From positions 7,378,001 through 7,442,000 of the forward strand of contig CM022671.1 of the NCBI GenBank assembly GCA_012295275.1: DNA of 64,000 nucleotides, given 5' to 3'. This DNA comes from Chrysomallon squamiferum (Eukaryota > Animalia > Mollusca). This document shows positions 32,301-47,300 of the stretch, piece by piece. The first letter of the stretch is position 1. Each line of letters starts with the position of its first letter. Both the position numbers and the translations under genes were made by a program. The notes beneath the pieces are model-generated. The model was not told the origin of the DNA, did not search any database, and saw only the letters and a program-made list of their open reading frames with translations.

Positions 32301-35300
32301 GTTATCATTGTGTTTGACTTGTAATTCACCATTTGACAAAATGTACTGCATTTAGTTGTCCAGTAGGCAGATACAGCTTTTGTATTGGAATTTGTTTTAA
32401 AACATTGGTATGATCAGATGATTGTAAAAATGAAAAATTGGAAGAAATTATAAACATTTGTAATCGCAGATAATAATGCTGATTATCAGTAAGTTCAATA
32501 AATAACAGATAGAAGTCTGTAATTATAGATAATAGTACCAAATTTATTTTTGTCACAAAATGTTTGTGTGTAAGTAATAATACAAACAAATTGTAACTTG
32601 ATAACTAACGTCTAGAGTAAATTTACCTCTGTTTAATTCACTGAGTATTTAATTTTATATTCTCCATTAGAAACTTCAAGGAAAACTAAATTTGGCGATG
32701 GTGATGTTGACGATGAACTGCAGAGTATGGCTGGCACCAGTGATGTGCAAGGTCGAAGTGTTCGTGTGCTGAAGAGGCCCAAGGATTCACCGAGCAAGAA
32801 AACCTCTGAACCTAAACGAAGATCAGAGGTGTCTCCTGCTAAAGGAGATATTGGTATAAAAAAAATTCTCATTGGTTTAGAATGAATTAGATATTGGTAA
32901 TATTTTGTTAGAACATTTCAAGGCATTTTAATTTTCTCATATAATGTCTGATCATGTAGTTTTGCTTAGTAACAGACATGAGACAACTGTGTAACAATTG
33001 TAATGATTACTATTACAGTTTTTTAATATCTGCTTTTCTGATTACAGTTACATTTAATTAATAAAAGTAGCATTATGATTGTGAAAACATGCTCAAATAA
33101 TTTTATTATAAAAAGATACAACTTAGAAAAAACATAATTTTAATATTCTTTCATGCTTGTGTTCATGATGTGAGTGGTATTTCTTGTCAGTGACATTGTT
33201 TTAAAATTTGTATTATACTTACATGTCACTACTATAAAATTTAATTATTTTTATTTTAAGTTCCCTTAGCATAATATTAATAACTGATGTTTCCTAACCA
33301 TTATGATTACTGTTATCAGTTTAGGTAATTGAATTACAAGTAGAAATGTAATGATAATAATCAGGGCTTAACCTTAGCATTAGCTCTTCTCCAGAATACC
33401 AGAATTTTGAATCCAGTTGTTTGCTGGGCTGCCACCAGTTTTTGTTCTGCTGTCCAGTGACTGACTACACAGTTTTGTTTATCTGTCTCTGAAATTCTAA
33501 ATTTCATGTGTGTGTTCTCCTGACACAAGTCACCATAACAGTGCTAATTGTTTCTGTGATATGATCCACAACATAATTACAGAAGTAAAAGAATATTCAA
33601 ACAGAAATTGTTTTACAAGGATATATCTACAAAAATATACCACACCTACTTTCAATATCAATATCCTTCCATGCTGATTCATAATGTAATGGAAGTTTGT
33701 TGACAGTGACTTTGCATAACCAAATAAGCTGATACAAAGGGAACTTGTTTTAAGAAGAACTAAGAATATTGTTTACAGATACAAGGCCATTTGTAAAGCT
33801 TGTATTTTTGTGGATTAACCTTGCACCCTTATTTTAAAAAAGGCAGCTGGTAATGCTAATTTAGATAATGGTCTCACAATGGCAAGTGTTTAGCCATTAG
33901 TTCTTACTATAAAAGTTTATACAAATATAAATAAATCATTTTAATTTTTAAAACACCTTTATTCTTCTTTTTATAACTTATTATGGGGCTACCAGTGTTT
34001 ACTGAGGGATACCAAATTTTATAACCGTGTAGCCCTGAGGGCTGTCAATGAAAAAAGGTTATGACCAAAGCCTGATAATCAATTATGATTATAAATTGTT
34101 AGAATATTGGTAAGCATTGTTCTGTTTGTTTACTTATTTGTTTAATTTTCTTCTTGTTGAAATACACTTAATGTTGAGTGATTTGATTTTTCAGTGTCTA
34201 TTCAAAATTTGACGAAGGCTGTTGCTAAGTCTGTCACAGAGAAGATGCAGATACTGGACCAGCGAGACAAACTCATCAGACAAGCAAGAGGTAAGAGAAA
34301 AATGTAGATGGGTGTGAATAGATTTTAATATGTTTGTGTAAATGCAGGTCAAATTTTCTCATCTCTTAATCAATTTTGGCCAGATGTTTATATGAATTAA
34401 ATAATATTCAAGGGAACACAGAAAATCCTTGAAAATGCATGGGTTATTAAGTGAAGTGCACAATGGTAACGATGACTTGATGAACTGTACAACCCAGTTA
34501 TGTTAAAGTTTTGAGTGGTTGGTTATGAAATTGTCAGCACCTCTGTATCCTACCAAACATATAAATCTGAATATACTTTATTGTTTATTTCTCTATATTT
34601 GATGATGGTAATAATAATAATAATACTTGGAAATATATAAAAATATATGTTTTTATACCAAAATATCTTTGAATTTAAATCTCAGTTATAAATTCTTGTT
34701 AGTTTTTGTCCTAAATAATTTTTTTATTTTTTTTAAAGTGCTTATATGAATGAGCCTGTGGTGTGTGCAAGTTTCATTCAAGTGTGTGCACTCTTACAAA
34801 TTCATCACGTGATTTTGTAAGAGCTGATGTTTTGTTTTTTTTTGTTTTTTTTGTTTTGTTTTAATAACAAAATATTGAAAACTACTGGTTTATCATTTTA
34901 GCTAAACATCGTAGTTTGGAAATGGCACAAGCGTTCATTGGCACTTGTAAAGACATGTGTCCTGAGAAAGAGCGCTATGACCGAGAAGACAAGAGAAGAC
35001 TCAGTATTTTTGAATACCTGTCAGAAAGTGAATCTACTGTATGTTATCACCATTAACATTCTTCTGTGTATTATGTATCATTGTTATAATTTCTTAATCA
35101 CCAGTCTTATGTTATTGAATATCAACAAACATAATGTAGACATACACTGAGACAGATGCATGAAGATCTAATTTTTGTTTGTCAAATCAGATTCTTGCAT
35201 TTATTCAACAGTACAGGTTTTTGGACCACCAGGATTCAAAAAATTTTGAAGAATAATAACCAAAATTGCAAAATCTCAAGAGCTGCACACTCTGAGATGC

Positions 35301-38300
35301 CTTTAGTGTTCATAATGTTAAAATTATTGAAGTGTTTTTTCCCACTGTCACATACACGTTAAAATGTTTCAGAAACATTTCTGCATATTATTATACTGTA
35401 CTGGTTATATTTTTATTGTGTTTTATTGTTGTAATTGCAGGCTGGTCAGAACCCCAAAGCTGACCCTGCAAGATGTGTGAAAGAATACTCCAGAGCTTCT
35501 GCTGACCAGGTAGAACAGAAATTTAGTTTTACTTTTATTATTATTATTGCTGTTATGACTTTGATGAGTTTATATATATATGCATGTACTATTATTATTA
35601 CTGTTATTTGTATTATATTTTGATACATTTATATGTTAATGGATATTAGTATAACTGTTTACATATCAGTAAGTGAAGTCTTATAGGTTACAGGATCAGT
35701 ATCTATGCACCTAATGGGTCATTTTTGTTTTTGTTGTATATAATTGTTTTGCCAAAAAAAAAAATGGAAAAGAATTAAATGTTCTGTTACTTAAATTTCA
35801 GCATGGCTCAAGCTTTAATCTTGGGGTCAGATTTATTTTCAGGCAGTTTTGTGAAATGGCACTCTTAAATGTGATTTCTTGTTCAAACAACTATCACACA
35901 TTTAATTAATTTCTACATTTAAAAGATTCCTTGCTGTTATTAAGACATTCAGTATGTGAATATATTTGTGTTTTTTTTTTGTCACAGGAGGAACCACTGC
36001 CTCATGAGCTGCGTCCAGAACCAGTTTTGGCACAGACGATGACCTACTTGTTAATAGAGATTGCAGATCGTGGAGATGATTCCAACTGGTCTGAATGGTA
36101 TCAGTTTCTCTGGGACAGAACTCGTGGAATCAGAAAGGTTCGATTCTGTTTACATCTGTGAAAACAGTGTCAAAGAAGAATATAACTGTATTATCATCAT
36201 CTTCATGTTGCAGTCTAAATTGACTGAAAGTAGTATTTTGCTTTATCTATTCTAATTTTCATGTATTTGTATGATTTATACACATACACAAAATCATTCC
36301 ATTAACTAAATTGTATAATTGTATTTGCAGGAAATCATCCCAATACCTAAATGATATAAATTTTATATTTCTAAGAAAACATTCCGCTAATTAAATTATA
36401 TACTTATATTTGTAAGAAAACATTCCACTAACTAAATTATTTTTTTAAGAAATCATCCTAGTAACTAAATTATATATACTTATATTTGTAACTGAATGAG
36501 TTTGAGTAGGAAAATACTCCAGTGCTAAATTACATAAATGCATTAAACTGTTTGTGTAGGAAATCACTCAGCAGCAGCTGTGTACAGAGACCGCTGTAGG
36601 CCTGATTGAGAAGTGCGTGCGCTTCCACGTGTTCTGTTCAGAGCGGCTGTGTGAACAGGACATGTCCATCTTTGACGAGAAGATCAACAACGAAAATCTC
36701 ACCAAGTGTCTGCAGACGCTGAAAGAGTTTTACCACGACCTGGAAAGAAAGCAAGCCATCTTCTGCACCAGTGAGGCAGAGTTCAGAGCTTACATTGTCC
36801 TGATGAACCTGAATGAAGGAGACACACTTAGGTAAGTTTTTATTTGAAGATTGTTATCGGTTCCATGATTATTAAAACCACTGTGGATGAATTCATATAG
36901 AATAGAACTTTTTAATAAAAAATAACAACAGCCCATTGTCTTATTAAGATAAGATTAGATAAAGCTGTGTTAACAGTTTTTGTGATTTGTTTAAGCATTG
37001 ATTCTCAAACCTTTTTAGGTTATTGCCCTATTGATTGACTTCATCATCCATTTCCTTTTCAGCCATTTCATAAAACTGTTAAAAAAAATTATTTTTATAA
37101 TGCACATTGAGTAAAAAACCAAAGCAACTGCAAAATTAATAATCTTTATTTCCTCATTAGGAAATTCTTCTGTAGAAGATATTACCGATTTTGGTTACTA
37201 TCCATTATAATAAAAAAACAAATTATAATGACATGAACATTTGTTCACTTTTTATAGCTTATGAAATTTTAAAAAATAAAAATATTTGTTCAGGGAAATC
37301 CAACAACTGAGACCTGAAGTTCGAAATGCACAGGAAGTAAAACTTGCCATCAAAGTTTACAATGCTCTAAACAGCAACAACTTCGTCAGATTCTTTCGCC
37401 TCGTCAAAGAAGCTTCGTTTCTGAGTGCGTGCATCATGCATCGTTATTTCAACCAGGTTCGGCAGAAAGCACTGAGCACCATTCTAAAAGCTTATCGTGA
37501 CAAAGGAAGCAAGGTATGAAGTATTAAATTATTTGTGTGAATGAAGAGCGTATTTGCAAAAGGGCTTAAAGACTGTCACTTTTAAAGACAATACAAAATG
37601 CTGAAAAGGATGCAAGCCCTTTTGCACCATCAGTATAAATTCAGTGGTCCTTTGTTGTGGACATTGGTCATTTTACACATAATAAGGTGTGTCATCATGA
37701 AACAGTAGTTAATCACAAGCAGTCAGTGCATCAGTGTCATAGGTGAAAGAAAACCCAGTTCTGAAATTAACATGGACTTGATCAAACATTGATTTGACTT
37801 TGATTTTTTTTAAATAAATATATTTTAAAATTGAGATTTATTTTAATTATAGATATCCAAATCTTAAATATATTTTTCTCTTTTTTTTTTTAATGATACA
37901 AAATTTGTATAAATATTAAGAATGTCTTATTCACTGACATTATTTTCCTGTAACATTTAATTAACGTAATCTTGTTGCCTACAAGGTTTAGAACTATTAA
38001 TAAAAAAAATCATGAGATCACTTTGCTGTTTTATACCATTTGAGATGAGCTTATTTAACCAAAACCATATTTAATATTAAGTGATTCTAAAACTTTCTAT
38101 ATTTTTTTTTTTTTTTTTTTTCTAAGTTTCCTCTACAAGATCTAATTCGGATGCTGTATTTTGAGAGCAGTCAAGAAGCCTGCCATTTCTGTGAATTCTA
38201 CGGACTTCACATACAAGACGAAGCTGTTATTCTGGAGCGTTCCTCTTTCATCGTTCCAGAAACTTCTTACCCTCCTGTCAGATCCAAGCATTTGATAGAG

Positions 38301-41300
38301 TCAAAGAGACAGATTCCAGTAGGAGAGGTTATAATAATTTACATCATTATTTTTTAATGTTAATGTTATATATTTAATTGATATTTTTTTGGAAGGTGAT
38401 AAGAGGTGTTCTATATTGATTTGTCTGCTAAACTAGAGAGAGGGACATAATTCATTGTAGAGAATCTGTTTATGTTGTCAGTTGTTGGATCAGTCCATGC
38501 TCCACAACTGGGATAAAAAAGGTAGTGGTATGTACTGTCCCGGCAAGAGGATGGTGCCTATAAATTAACCCTTGCTGCTATTACAGAAAGAGTAACCCAT
38601 CTAGTTGGGTTCATTTTGCATTATCTGAGGAAACCTTAACTATATGATGTAAATAAAATATATTGCATTGTTGAATAAAATATTTCTTTCCTTCATTCTT
38701 GAGGTTAGATTTGTAAGCAGTCTGGTATATTTCTTGAGATGTAAATGTATAAAGATGTTTCGTCCATTTTTTTTTTTTTTTTGGTTGTAAACATTTGAAA
38801 GAGTTTGAGGTAGTTGATGTGTAAATTTAGTATGAAACTATTTAGAGATGTTGATGTTAGTTACAAAATGAAATTTATTTTTATTAAAATTGAAACCAAC
38901 AATAAAAAGTGAAATATTAAACAAATGCCAGAAAATTAAAGAATTTTTGCTGATATGTTAGAAAGGTCACTTAATCTGCATTCAGCTTTTATCTTTTGAC
39001 AAAATGATACAAAATGAATGAAGTAAAGTTTAATATTTATTATTAGTATTATTATAAATGGAAATGTAAATTATCATTGAAGGTTATGAATGGTGAACCA
39101 TTTGAAGTTTTCAGACCTCCCCCACCCACTTGCAGTTTTGACAGTGAGGGAAAATTCATTCTGACAGAAGACCTAAAGACTCAAGGTATGTAGTTGTGTT
39201 TTTATATTCACATCGTTTTTCACGAGTCATTGTATTGAAAGAACAGCTCAACTTTAGAATCTAATAATGATGTCACAGGGTTAACTAAATCTGTCAATTG
39301 CAGTAAAATTAGAATTACAGTAATATTTTACAACTGAAAAATAATTTTGTCAAGAAAGTGTTTATCACTGCAGCAGTATACACATTAGGGTCTGCTATAA
39401 TGAATAATTTATAGAAACAATATTTACATATTGAACAGTATTTCCTCTGAAATTTGAAAATCCCCAAATGTTTGATAATTTTATTGCGAACACAACAAAA
39501 TGTTGTTAAGGGTGGATGAATACTTCATGTGTATGTGTAATAATAATAATAATATTTTCAGTGTTAGGAAAATCATATTCACAAACAACACTCACTTCTG
39601 CCACAAGTTCTCAGCCAGCAGTTTCATATCCTGAAGCAGTTGCTGCCGATGATCAACCAGATTTGCCAACACCATCCCTGGAGCCAGCAGAGCCTCTTAA
39701 AGTTGTTTTTCCTAACGAGGTACATGTAACAAACTTTATCAGTAGAATTAAATCAACATTAATATTAAAATAAATATACACTACAAACTCATAGGTACTA
39801 GGTGGGTTTTTTTTTTACCATTGTCCTGTTTTCAGCAGTCAACTCTTCCTTAATAAATAAATAAAAAATAATAAAAATATGATGTTGCTTAAGGTTCATA
39901 AAAAAATATTTTCAGGCAATTTAGTGAAATGACAGTCTGTGTAAATTATAGGAGAAAAAATATTTCAAACTATATTGATGTCTAAAATTGAAATCTAGAA
40001 TTTTGTTTATAAAAAAAAATGAAAAATGAAAAATATATTATTAAAAAACAGCAAAGTGAGGTAAATTTAAAAAAAAAGGTAATTAGTTGTCTGTTGTGCA
40101 TCACCTTTCATTCACAACATACTTTCTAATTGCTGCATATTTTAATGCATTAAAACAGTTTTGCATTAAATTACTCTGATTTTTATGAGAATGCAGTACA
40201 GCAACATTCATTTTTGTTCACGTCCAAATCCATCAATTTTTTTTTTCAAAGAATGAGTTTGTATATGTATGTTTGTATATGAAATAACCAGTCAAGATCT
40301 TTAAATGTAATTCTGTTTTGCAGTTGGTCAAGATAATAGCCAAAGACTTGTTTATTGAGGTGATAGATGAGTTTGTTGTCAATATGTCTCAGAGTTTGGT
40401 AGTGGCAGCGTTTGAACTAGGTAAAGCAGCTGAGGGTTCAGCCATGGAATTGATTGAAGAAACATCTCATGCACTTATAAGGTAAACAGCATAAACATTT
40501 TATGTTTATTGGGGGGGATGCATGCATTTGGTTGTGTACACATGCGTGTGCATTTAAGACAGAGAAGGCAGGATTGATTGATTTATAAATGAGTGGTCAC
40601 ATTTCTGTGCTGAAATGAAGAACTTGAGAAAAAGTACTCTTTCTTCAACTTAAATGGAAAAGCATGATTCTGTTTTCTTCAGAAATTGAAGTTAATTCAT
40701 TCAAAATATTTTTAGTCTTAACATTCATCCTTTTCTTTTTTTTTTTCTTTTTTTTCATAATTGCATTTTTGACATTTCATATTATTGTTTAATTAGAGTA
40801 AATCACATGTTTGCTTGCATTTCAGAGAGATTTGTGATGATATTTATCAGCAAGAAAAGGAGAAACACAGCAGACAGGAGAGAGAGGCACGGATCGGCTG
40901 TATCAGCGAGTATGTCTGTGAAGAAATGCTCGAGAATGCTGTAGAGCAGGAAACAAGAAACTTGGTGACAGCTGAAATCAGGTTTCTAGTATTAATTTGT
41001 ATATTTTGTTATGTATTTGTTTTGCTTTTTCCCAGCCCTGTGTTAAAGCTGTTTAACTCAGTCAGGTTTTTTGATTCTGTTAAAACATTGTAAATCAAAT
41101 TTTATATCTCTGCTGTCTGTCAGAATGAACGAATGAATGTTAAACGACACCCGAGCAAAAAAAAAAAATATCAGCTACTGGGTGTCCTGTCGGTCAGATT
41201 ATAATTATTATCATTATTGTTGTTGTTGTTGTTGTTGTTGTTACTACCACCATCATCATCATTATTATTATTATTGTTATTATATATTTTTTTATTGTTG

Positions 41301-44300
41301 TTATATTTTTTTATTATTTTTTTTATATTTTTTTATTATTATTTATTATTGTTAGGATTATTATTTATTATTATTATCTTTCTTTCTTTGTTTCTTTCAT
41401 CATTTATCTGTTTGTTTGTTTACTATTCATTTACATGTAATCACACTAGGTTAATATGTTTATTGTTTAACACCCTGATGTTTAAATTTGTAACAGGGAG
41501 AAGTTAGCTGTGCAGAAAAGAAAAAGAACTGAGCAGTGTATTCAGCTGATAAGTGACGACTGGATTGAAGAAAGTGTTCATGACATGGTCCGTGAAATCT
41601 GTTCTCAAGTACATCAAGAAGATGTTGTTGAGGTCAGTAGTTATTATTTTTACTTCCCTTCTCTCTGCTTTTTATTTTTTTTTAATTTTTTAATTTTTTA
41701 AATAAAGAAGTGAGATCTAAGCTGGTCATAGACATATAATAATTACGTTTTTATCATATTGACTGTATAGCATGACACTGGAGATAAATGTAAATGTCGA
41801 AAAGGTTTTCCTTATGTACTGGAGAAACGGTAACTTCAGTAATTTTTAATTTATTTTTATTTTTTTTAAATGGATATCTATTTGTATACAAAATAAATTA
41901 ATGTAAAGTCTATTGATGGCTTTTATGCATCTTATTAGGTATATTACTTTTTTAGCAATAATTGGTGTCTAGAAAATGTTAAATCTTATGAAGAATTATG
42001 TAAAATGCTTTTACATATCTTTTAATAATGTCAGGTTTACATAATACAGCATTGGGTTTGGGGTGAACTCATTTTGTCTTTGTTTTTTTTTGAGAGTGAG
42101 TTTGGTTGGATGTCAATACATTTTGTACCAAAATATGTTATTTTTATTTATTTTTTAACAGAGACTGAAACAGCTGGACGAAACTGAGGAGTGCATCAAG
42201 CTTCATCGCGCAGGCAGACACTTTCAGGTATGGAAGAAGCGGTACGCAGACAGGATTAAACTGAAGAGAGCGATGCTGGCGTTTCCATGTGCACCGTCCT
42301 GTCAGAGCGTGTCTGCTCAGCTGAAACAGCTGCTGCCTGACAGAGAGTCGAGTGGCGTAGTAAACAAATCTATATACGTGAACAGACACGCTCGAGTGAA
42401 CATTGATTCGCCGGTGGACATGTTTCAGAGGAATCTCCTGCTCACCGCGCAGGTCTCGCTCAAATGTCTGCATCAGCATTTAGTTCTTCAGAAAGCTTGG
42501 CAGCCGTACGATGTTGTGTTCATTGTGGGGAACGAAGTCGGAAATGCAATTCTGTCCAGCAGGGATGAGTATTTCTCAAAAATAGGTGAGAATTTGTGTT
42601 CAGATTAGAAAAATGTGAGGTTAATGTAGATTGCAGTTGAGATGATTTTTCTATGAGTTTTTTTTTATAAAGATCTGTTTGAGAATTTTTTTCTGACAGC
42701 TAAAGAAGTTTTACTACATATAAGCTATTTAAATGGAAATTTTCTTTGTTGTTTTATTGTCTTTTTTCTTTCTTATTTTTATTTTTATTTTTTTAAAAGA
42801 AAGAAAAAGAAAGAAACAAAGAAACCAAAAAAAACAAAAAAACATGAAATGACCAAAATTAGAAACTTTTTTCGAGCATCTGAAAGAGTAATAGCTTGTG
42901 TTTTTGAATGGTTTAGCATAAACATATTTTATTTCAAGCAGAAAGGTATTAAACACTTTGCATAAAAATACACACATACTGTCTGTATAAGATGTATATG
43001 TGAAACATAAATGGATTTTATTTTCTGGGTATTTCCTTGTATTAAAAAAGTCTGATAAATTCTGAAATCTGAAACACTTCTGGTTCCTAGCGTTTTGGAT
43101 TAGCAAACCTCAGTCTTTATTTTTAATTACTCTTATAAATCTCTTGGAAGTACACATTACATGTATATTTTATCTGTTGTAATGGTTTTAAAATTCAACT
43201 AATAAGTTTTAAAATTTTGCTATTTTTATTTCTTCTTAGTACCACGAATTTACTGGAAGCTGATCGTGTCATTGCCAGATTGTGAAAAAGATTCTTGGTC
43301 AGATGAGCTCAATTCATGGATTTCTGCAAAATTTCACAAGGGCAAAGTTCCATCTCATCCTTTGTCCAAATACAAGGTACTGATTATCTGGTAATCTTCA
43401 AAGTCACTGAAGGTACCTTTTCTCTTGTGGTGTTAGCTTTCTGTAATTTGCCATGAATATTTTAGTTTTCTTGATAATGGTTTTTCCTTTTTGTAAATTT
43501 TGACATTGTTCTTAAAGAACATGTTTTCAACATTAAATTTATATCAGTGGTTACAAGACACAGTCATCTACACTAATAAACATACAAACCCTATAAACTT
43601 GCTCACTCACAAACATACACACACAAAAACAAATACTTTCACTCACTCACCAAACTGAAAATTTAGACATGCTCTTTATGCTTTAGGGTGAGGTGTTGTG
43701 CCTGTATCACAGCAAACTTGAAATGTCCAATAAACAACGCCTTCATCTTGGAGTCTGTGTAAGAACTGTTGTTGGAAATGTGAACCAAGAGGACATGGAA
43801 AACATTGAACAGAATCGCTTGCTTTTAGGAACTTCAGCAATTATTTTCATCTTACCTGAGCTACGTCCAAGTCAGGTAAGTAAATTTTTTATTTTTTTCC
43901 TCCATCCTGTATGCGATATTGAATATAAAATTTAAAATTAGTGAAGAATGACTGTTAAAATAGTTTGAAGTTATTTTCCAATTTGATTTCTAAAAGATGG
44001 GTAATACTAAAATGCACATATTATTGCAAATCTAGAAGTAATTTATCTGCTGTTTCATTCAACCCCTTTAAAAACACTCCATTTTCATTCAGAAATTGAT
44101 AAAACCATAAATTAAGATTACAATGTTCACCAAGACATGTGTATATATGGTTCAGCTCAGCAATTATTGTATATTAAATGAAGTCCTATAATATTTGCTC
44201 TGTCTTGTTGCCTCCCAGACAAAACCATTTTTCTTGCTGAATTTTAAATACCACGATTTAATATAATATAATACTATTTAAAAAAAAATTAATAATAATA

Positions 44301-47300
44301 AATTTGTTGCAAACTAATACATTTCTTGCCATGGATTGGTTGATTAGAATTTCAGACATCTTTTTGTAAGTATTTATAAAACTTTTAATTTTTTTTCACC
44401 AGGCATATTGGCAAGAGGCACACGAAAGACTGAAACTACTGGTTTATGGCAAACCTGCTGATCCTGCCCAGCCATTGGTTGTTGTCATCCCTCACCCAGC
44501 CAATGAGTGGCTCTCTCTTACAGAAGTGTCCGAAAGACTGGATATTCCCAAATATGCAAATGATGACTTGATACTGGATGTTCATTGGTTGGATATCAGC
44601 CTACCAGCTAGTTACAACTCAGTTGATGACATAGTGCCTGATCTTTCTGAGAGGGTGAGTCATAAGGGTATCAGAATAAATAATAAATGTTTGTTTGTAA
44701 AATATTTCGTAGTCTTTGAAGATTTTGATTTCCTTTGCTATATTAAAAGTTTATTATTTTGTAATAAAATGCTCATTTTATAATAAAATAGTCTTTGATA
44801 TATTTTTTTATTGTTTTTTTAATAGAAATAAATGTTTATAAAATATTTTGTAGATATTCAAATATTTAATTTCGTTTTGCTTTTAAGTTTATTATTTAGT
44901 GGTGAAATGTTATTTGTAATGTTTGCTAATCTTTAGCATATTTATTTTATTTTATTTTATTTTTATTGTTTTTTTACTGGTAATAAATGTTTGTAAATTG
45001 TTTTTTACTTTTTCAAGCATTTAATTTCATTTGCTATTAAGTTGTTTATTGTAATAAAATGCTGTTTAGAATTATATCTGCAGATTTTTAGCATATTTGT
45101 TTTTCTTTCTTTTTTTTCTTTTTTTTTTTATTTCCTTTCTTTCTTTCTTACTTTTTTATTTTATTTCCTTTCTTTCTTTCCTTCCTTTCTTTCCTTCCTT
45201 TCTTTATTCTTTTTGTTTGTTTGTTTGTTTCTTCCTTTCTTTCTTTTAATCTGTAATCTATGAATTACACCTGTAACAAATGTTTTAATTTTCTTCCAGG
45301 TAAACAAAGGCTTACAGTGGCTGGCCTCCAGGTTACCTCCAGCTCCACCACTGATAGGTCAGCCTGTCAGACAGTATGTGGAGGACTTTCTCCTGGAGGA
45401 GTACTTCACACCTGTACTGCAGAATTTAAAAGCCAGAAAGAATAACAGACTGCTGCACCAGGTAAAATCTAAATAGAAATAATGTTATCTGGTGCAGATG
45501 TTCAGTAATTAAACAATAAATGAGTGATGTTGAGCTAGTTGTAGAGAAAAAGATTTTTTCATCAATACTTAGGAAGTGAAGGTGGGTGAGTAGAGAATGT
45601 ATGTGCATGTGTGCAAATGCATGCATGTGTGTGTGTGTGAGTGAGAGTTTTAAATCTAAATAAAAGAAAGGATTTAAAAAAAAAAAAGTATTCATGTAAA
45701 AATTATGTTTTTAATACAATTTAACTAGTTCAAAAATCTATATTTTTATTGACAGTTTTCAGATGTAATATGTCCTAGTATTATTCTGTTATTAAATTAT
45801 ACACAGTTCCTATTATTTACTTTAATTTTAGGGACCAAACATTCTTATCACCTTGTACAACAATGTTGTTGAACATTTGGCTGAAGTAGCCTCCATGTCC
45901 GATTTGAAAAAATACTCCTGGCCTGTAGCAGAATTTGTGTGGACTCACAGTAATAATGGTGAGTTAAGAATAGAATCTGTGTGTGGACATGCAGTAATAA
46001 TGGTGAGTTAAGAATAGAATCTGTGTGTGGACATGCAGTAATAATGGTGAGTTAAGAATAGAATCTGTGTGTGGACATACAGTAATAATGGTGAGTTAAG
46101 AATAGAATCTGTGTGTGGACATGCAGTAATAATGGTGAGTTAAAAATAGAATCTGTGTGTGGACATGCAGTAATAATGGTGAGTTAAAAATAGAATCTGT
46201 GTGTGGACATGCAGTTATAATGGTGAGTTAACAGCCATTAACTTACAGGCTGAAGATTTCTTATCTAAAATGCTTGGTATTGGAAAAGTTTCAAGTTTTT
46301 ATTTATATGGATTTTTTAAATGTTAGAAGATAGTCAAATAGTAAGCTCAGCATTTAAACATGAAATTCACTTACATTTTATGTTTAACTTGTACAGATAG
46401 TCTGCAGGAATTTTTATAGTTATTTATATAATTTTGCTAATTGTGTTATAAAATTATAAGATTTCTCTTTGTTTTTATTATTGTTTTATTTTTATTTTTA
46501 TTTTTTTCTGGACTTTGCTTAAAATTTTTAATCAAATGAGATAAATATTTTAACATTCATTGTAAATACTATCAAGGGTTATTTTGAGACTCATACATTC
46601 TGTTTTATAGAACAGTTTTTCTTTGGGGGTGTTTATGCATGTGCATGTGTGTGTGAGTGTGTGTTAATTATTTATTTATTTGCAGACCTGCCTTTGGCTC
46701 ACTGGAACACATCCAAACAGCTGTCCTACCTGTATGAAGAAATCTCTTTGCTCCAGTTACCTAGATTCAAGTTTGGTGATTTTGACAATGACACCTGGGA
46801 CCAGGCTTGTGATGATGTTTGGGCGTTCGTTTCATCTGTTGTAGAACAGAACAAGGGCAGGGACACAGTTAGTCTGGTCACCAGGTATAAACTAATTCTT
46901 ATGACAAGGAATTTCATTTTTAATACTGAAATTTATTATTTGGGTTTAAGGGAGAGGCATGGTGTGAAAAGATAAAAATTCTGGTATTTCTGTAGTAACG
47001 TTTCAATGCATTTCATTAGTTTTGTGTGGGTATCAGACATACCGTATATACAAGGCGACCTTATGTATAAGCTGATGTGTATTTTAAGACAAAAAATTGC
47101 GTCATTTTAGGTATTACTTATGTATAAGTCGACTGTAGATTCCAGGCACCGTCACTATTTTTAGACCAGTGTGACAGTGCCATGAAGGCCTACATTGTAC
47201 GCCTACTGTAACATAACTTGCACGAGCTGTAACTTGCATGAACATACCATAATAACATAAATGCATGTATTACACAAGCTATAGCCTAAATGTATCATAA

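Noticed and set aside
44670-45070. Loose ~150-bp triplication in GANP intron 21
   Set aside because: Very AT-rich and degenerate; the period could not be fixed confidently and no functional signal was seen.
45930-46231. CRISPR-like array
   Set aside because: Head-to-tail units with no unique spacers, in a eukaryotic intron, with no cas genes.
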